A stretch of 13,344 nucleotides of DNA from a virus (lineage: Duplodnaviria > Heunggongvirae > Uroviricota > Caudoviricetes), in the IMG/VR virus record IMGVR_UViG_2537561689_000011; one strand, 5' to 3'. Position 1 is the stretch's first letter. Every line of letters starts with the position of its first letter. Below the pieces are notes generated by a model. That model was given only the letters and a program-made list of their open reading frames with translations. It ran no database searches and was not told the origin of the DNA. Both the position numbers and the translations under genes were made by a program. Shown one piece after another: positions 10,432 through 13,344 of this stretch.

Positions 10432-10665
10432 TCAATCTGGTCTGATCTGTTTTCTGAGCAATTCAGTAATGTCACTCTTTTCTTTGTTTGCTTCAGGAGA
10501 AACTCTTTTTTCTGAGCACAGTCTCCGGCGGCAGGCTTCAATGACCCAGGCTGAGAAATTCCCGGACCCTTTTTGATCAAGAGCGATGTTAATTTGTTCA
10601 ATCATTTGGTTAGGAAAGCGGATGTTGCGGGTTGTTGTTCTGCGGGTTCTGTTCTTCGTTGACAT
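10432..10665 (-). CDS. ylcI: YlcI-like small protein (DUF3950) with ribbon-helix-helix-like N-terminus (77 aa)
   Basis: MSTKNRTRRTTTRNIRFPNQMIEQINIALDQKGSGNFSAWVIEACRRRL...: basic N-terminus, predicted beta-strand (RNIRFP) then helices, as in CopG/Arc-type DNA-binding proteins; AGGG ribosome-binding site upstream; directly upstream of and co-oriented with the ybcV-like gene. Confidence 0.5.
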   Translation of the reverse strand: MSTKNRTRRTTTRNIRFPNQMIEQINIALDQKGSGNFSAWVIEACRRRLCSEKRVSPEANKEKSDITELLRKQIRPD

Positions 10666-10830
10666 GAGGTTGCCCTGTATTCAGTGTCACTGATTTGTAT
10701 TGTCTGAAGTTGTTTTTACGTTAAGTTGATGCAGATCAATTAATACGATACCTGCGTCATAATTGATTATTTGACGTGGTTTGATGGCGTAGATGCACGT
10801 TGTGACATGCAGATGATAATTATTATCATT

Positions 10831-11053
10831 TTGCGGATCCTTTCCGGCGATCCGACAGGTTACGGGGCGGCGACCTCGCGGGTTTTCGCTATTTATGAAA
10901 ATTTTCCGGTTTAAGGCGTTTCCGTTCTTCTTCGTCGTAACTTAATGTTTTTATTTAAAACACCCCCTGAAAAGAAAGGAAACGACAGGTGCTGAAAACG
11001 GGCTTTTTGGCCTCTGTCGTTTCCTTTCTCTGTTTTTGTCCGTGGAATGAACA
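10831..11053 (+). other. Lambda-type cos site (cosQ - cosN - cosB), cosN GGGCGGCGACCT at 10865-10876
   Basis: The 12-nt lambda cohesive-end sequence GGGCGGCGACCT is present at 10865-10876, preceded by ...CCGACAGGTTACG (lambda right-end sequence) and followed by the Nu1-binding region leading into nu1; matches the phage lambda cos region from recall. Confidence 0.8.
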
Positions 11054-11599
11054 ATGGAAGTCAACAAAAAGCAGCTGGCTGACATTTTCGGCGCGAGTAT
11101 CCGTACCATTCAGAACTGGCAGGAACAGGGAATGCCCGTTCTGCGAGGCGGTGGCAAGGGTAATGAGGTGCTTTATGACTCTGCCGCCGTCATAAAATGG
11201 TATGCCGAAAGGGATGCTGAAATTGAGAACGAAAAGCTGCGCCGGGAGGTTGAAGAACTGCGGCAGGCCAGCGAGGCAGATCTCCAGCCAGGGACTATTG
11301 AGTACGAACGCCATCGACTTACGCGTGCGCAGGCCGACGCACAGGAACTGAAGAATGCCAGAGACTCCGCTGAAGTGGTGGAAACCGCATTCTGTACTTT
11401 CGTGTTGTCGCGGATCGCAGGTGAAATTGCCAGTATTCTCGACGGGATCCCCCTGTCGGTGCAGCGGCGTTTTCCGGAACTGGAAAACCGACATGTTGAT
11501 TTCCTGAAACGGGATATCATCAAAGCCATGAACAAAGCAGCCGCGCTGGATGAACTGATACCGGGGTTGCTGAGTGAATATATCGAACAGTCAGGTTAA
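11054..11599 (+). CDS. nu1: Terminase small subunit Nu1 (181 aa)
   Basis: MEVNKKQLADIFGASIRTIQNWQEQGMPVLRGGGKGNEVLYDSAAVIKWYAERDAEIENEKLRREVEELRQ..., essentially lambda Nu1 (N-terminal winged-HTH cosB-binding domain). Confidence 0.9.
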   Translation: MEVNKKQLADIFGASIRTIQNWQEQGMPVLRGGGKGNEVLYDSAAVIKWYAERDAEIENEKLRREVEELRQASEADLQPGTIEYERHRLTRAQADAQELKNARDSAEVVETAFCTFVLSRIAGEIASILDGIPLSVQRRFPELENRHVDFLKRDIIKAMNKAAALDELIPGLLSEYIEQSG

Positions 11600-12878
11600 C
11601 AGGCTGCGGCATTTTGTCCGCGCCGGGCTTCGCTCACTGTTCAGGCCGGAGCCACAGACCGCCGTTGAATGGGCGGATGCTAATTACTATCTCCCGAAAG
11701 AATCCGCATACCAGGAAGGGTGCTGGGAAACACTGCCCTTTCAGCGGGCCATCATGAATGCGATGGGCAGCGACTACATCCGTGAGGTGAATGTGGTGAA
11801 GTCTGCCCGTGTCGGTTATTCCAAAATGCTGCTGGGTGTTTATGCCTACTTTATAGAGCATAAGCAGCGCAACACCCTTATCTGGTTGCCGACGGATGGT
11901 GATGCCGAGAACTTTATGAAAACCCACGTTGAGCCGACCATCCGCGATATTCCGTCGCTGCTGGCGCTGGCTCCGTGGTATGGCAAAAAGCACCGGATAA
12001 CACGCTCACTATGAAGCGTTTTTCCAATGGTCGTGGCTTCTGGTGCCTGGGCGGTAAAGCGGCAAAAAACTACCGTGAAAAGTCAGTGGATGTGGCGGGT
12101 TATGATGAACTTGCTGCCTTTGATGAGGATATTGAACAGGAAGGCTCTCCGACGTTCCTTGGCGACAAACGTATTGAAGGCTCGGTCTGGCCAAAGTCCA
12201 TCCGTGGCTCCACGCCCAAAGTGAGAGGCACCTGTCAGATTGAGCGTGCAGCCAGTGAATCCCCGCATTTTATGCGTTTTCATGTTGCCTGCCCGCACTG
12301 CGGGGAGGAGCAGTACCTTAAATTTGGCGATAAAGAGACGCCGTTTGGCCTCAAATGGACGCCGGATGACCCCTCCAGCGTGTTTTATCTCTGCGAGCAT
12401 AATGCCTGCGTCATCCGCCAGCAGGAGCTGGACTTTACTGATGCCCGTTATATCTGCGAAAAGACCGGGATCTGGACCCGTGATGGCATTCTCTGGTTTT
12501 CGTCATCCGGTGAAGAGATTGAACCGCCTGACAGTGTGACCTTTCACATCTGGACAGCGTACAGCCCGTTCACCACCTGGGTGCAGATTGTCAAAGACTG
12601 GATGAAGACGAAAGGGGATACGGGAAAACGTAAAACCTTCGTGAACACCACGCTCGGTGAGACGTGGGAAGCGAAAATCGGCGAACGTCCGGATGCTGAA
12701 GTGATGGCAGAGCGGAAAGAGCATTATTCAGCGCCCGTTCCTGATCGTGTTGCTTACCTGACCGCCGGTATCGACTCCCAGCTGGACCGCTACGAAATGC
12801 GCGTATGGGGATGGGGGCCGGGTGAGGAAAGCTGGCTGATTGACCGGCAGATTATTATGGGCCGCCACGACGATGAAC
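11574..12878 (+). pseudogene. A: Terminase large subunit (lambda gpA-like), inactivated by a 1-nt frameshift near 11994 and 3'-truncated by the IS66 insertion at 12879
   Basis: Track ORF 11574..12014 (MNISNSQVNRLRHFVRAGL...WYGKKHR then ITRSL-stop) and track ORF 11975..12988 in another frame (...DNTLTMKRFSNGRGFWCLGGKAAKNYREK...GIDSQLDRYEMRVWGWGP...) are consecutive parts of one gpA-like protein. The frame switches at CACCGGATAAC (11991-12001), where a CGG-GAT reading needs one more G. Terminase-like sequence stops at ...GRHDDE, the IS terminus starts at 12879, and only about half of a roughly 640-aa large subunit is present. Confidence 0.85.
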
Positions 12879-13344
12879 GTAAGCGACTCGTCAGAACCGT
12901 ATTGATATTTACTGAGAGCTCAGATCAACTTTCCAGGGCAACAGATCGCGTACCCGGTTTGCCGGCCAGTCCTGGATATGTTCAATGACGTAACGCAGCC
13001 ACTTTTCTGGCTCCACATTGTTCAGACGGCATGTGCCGATCAGCGAGTACAACACCGCCGCATGTTCACCACCGCTGTCGGAACCCGCGAACATCCAGTT
13101 TTTCCGGCCTACGGCCACTCCCCGTAAGGCGTTCTCTGCGATGTTGTTGTCGATTTCCACCCAGCCATTACTGCAGTACACGTTCAGTGCATCCCACTGT
13201 TTCAGCAGGTATGCGAACGCTTTTGCCGTATCTGAGTGACGCGACAGTGTTTTCATCTGTTGCTGTATCCAGTCATACAGTGACTGCATCAGTGGCGCGG
13301 CTCTGGCTTTTCTTGCCGCCAGACGCTGTTCTGCTGACAGCCCC
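12879..13344 (-). mobile_element. IS66-family insertion sequence, partial (runs off the right window edge); same orientation as the copy at 1-2014
   Basis: Terminus GTAAGCGACTCG... at 12879 (reverse-complement counterpart of ...CGCTTAC at 2014), followed by the 3' end of tnpC on the minus strand. Confidence 0.8.
12909..13344 (-). CDS. tnpC: IS66-family transposase TnpC, C-terminal ~145 codons (5' part beyond window edge)
   Basis: Frame is open from the right edge ([18 protein letters not shown] then [29 protein letters not shown]...) to ...[64 protein letters not shown], the conserved IS66 transposase C-terminus; stop at 12909-12911. Confidence 0.85.
   Translation of the reverse strand, partial: GLSAEQRLAARKARAAPLMQSLYDWIQQQMKTLSRHSDTAKAFAYLLKQWDALNVYCSNGWVEIDNNIAENALRGVAVGRKNWMFAGSDSGGEHAAVLYSLIGTCRLNNVEPEKWLRYVIEHIQDWPANRVRDLLPWKVDLSSQ

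Noticed and set aside
10955-11535. Minus-strand ORFs (10955..11494, 11173..11535) over cosB and nu1
   Set aside because: Antisense to the well-recognised Nu1 gene and the cos site; no support as real genes.

Overview
This window is the late/packaging end of a defective lambdoid prophage of the E. coli DLP12 type, interrupted by three insertion sequences. All calls rest on reading the supplied ORF translations and the sequence by eye, with protein identities from recall rather than any search. Gene order, left to right: a partial IS66-family element (tnpC' - tnpB - tnpA, minus strand) whose terminus at 2014 truncates a NinB/YbcN-like gene; ninE - ybcO - rusA - ylcG - Q antiterminator (quuD-like); an intact OmpC-family porin (nmpC/lc-like, minus strand) with a structured 3' UTR resembling the ipeX sRNA locus; a pinholin - SAR endolysin - Rz/Rz1 lysis cassette; a 1954-bp IS21-family (IS100-like) insertion with a 5-bp target duplication; a Rha-family regulator; an AT-rich two-gene cassette on the minus strand (ylcI-like RHH protein and ybcV-like DUF1398 protein); a lambda-type cos site; terminase small subunit Nu1; and a terminase large subunit that is both frameshifted and cut off by a second IS66-family copy at 12879. 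I did not recognise any known defence system, CRISPR array, tRNA or rRNA. The most interesting open items are the uncharacterised ylcI-ybcV cassette, the intact porin with its ipeX-like UTR, an intact cos/Nu1 next to a dead terminase, and the two same-orientation IS66 fragments at the window edges. Three apparent single-base homopolymer indels (in tnpC, possibly istA, and gpA) could be real decay or sequencing error.
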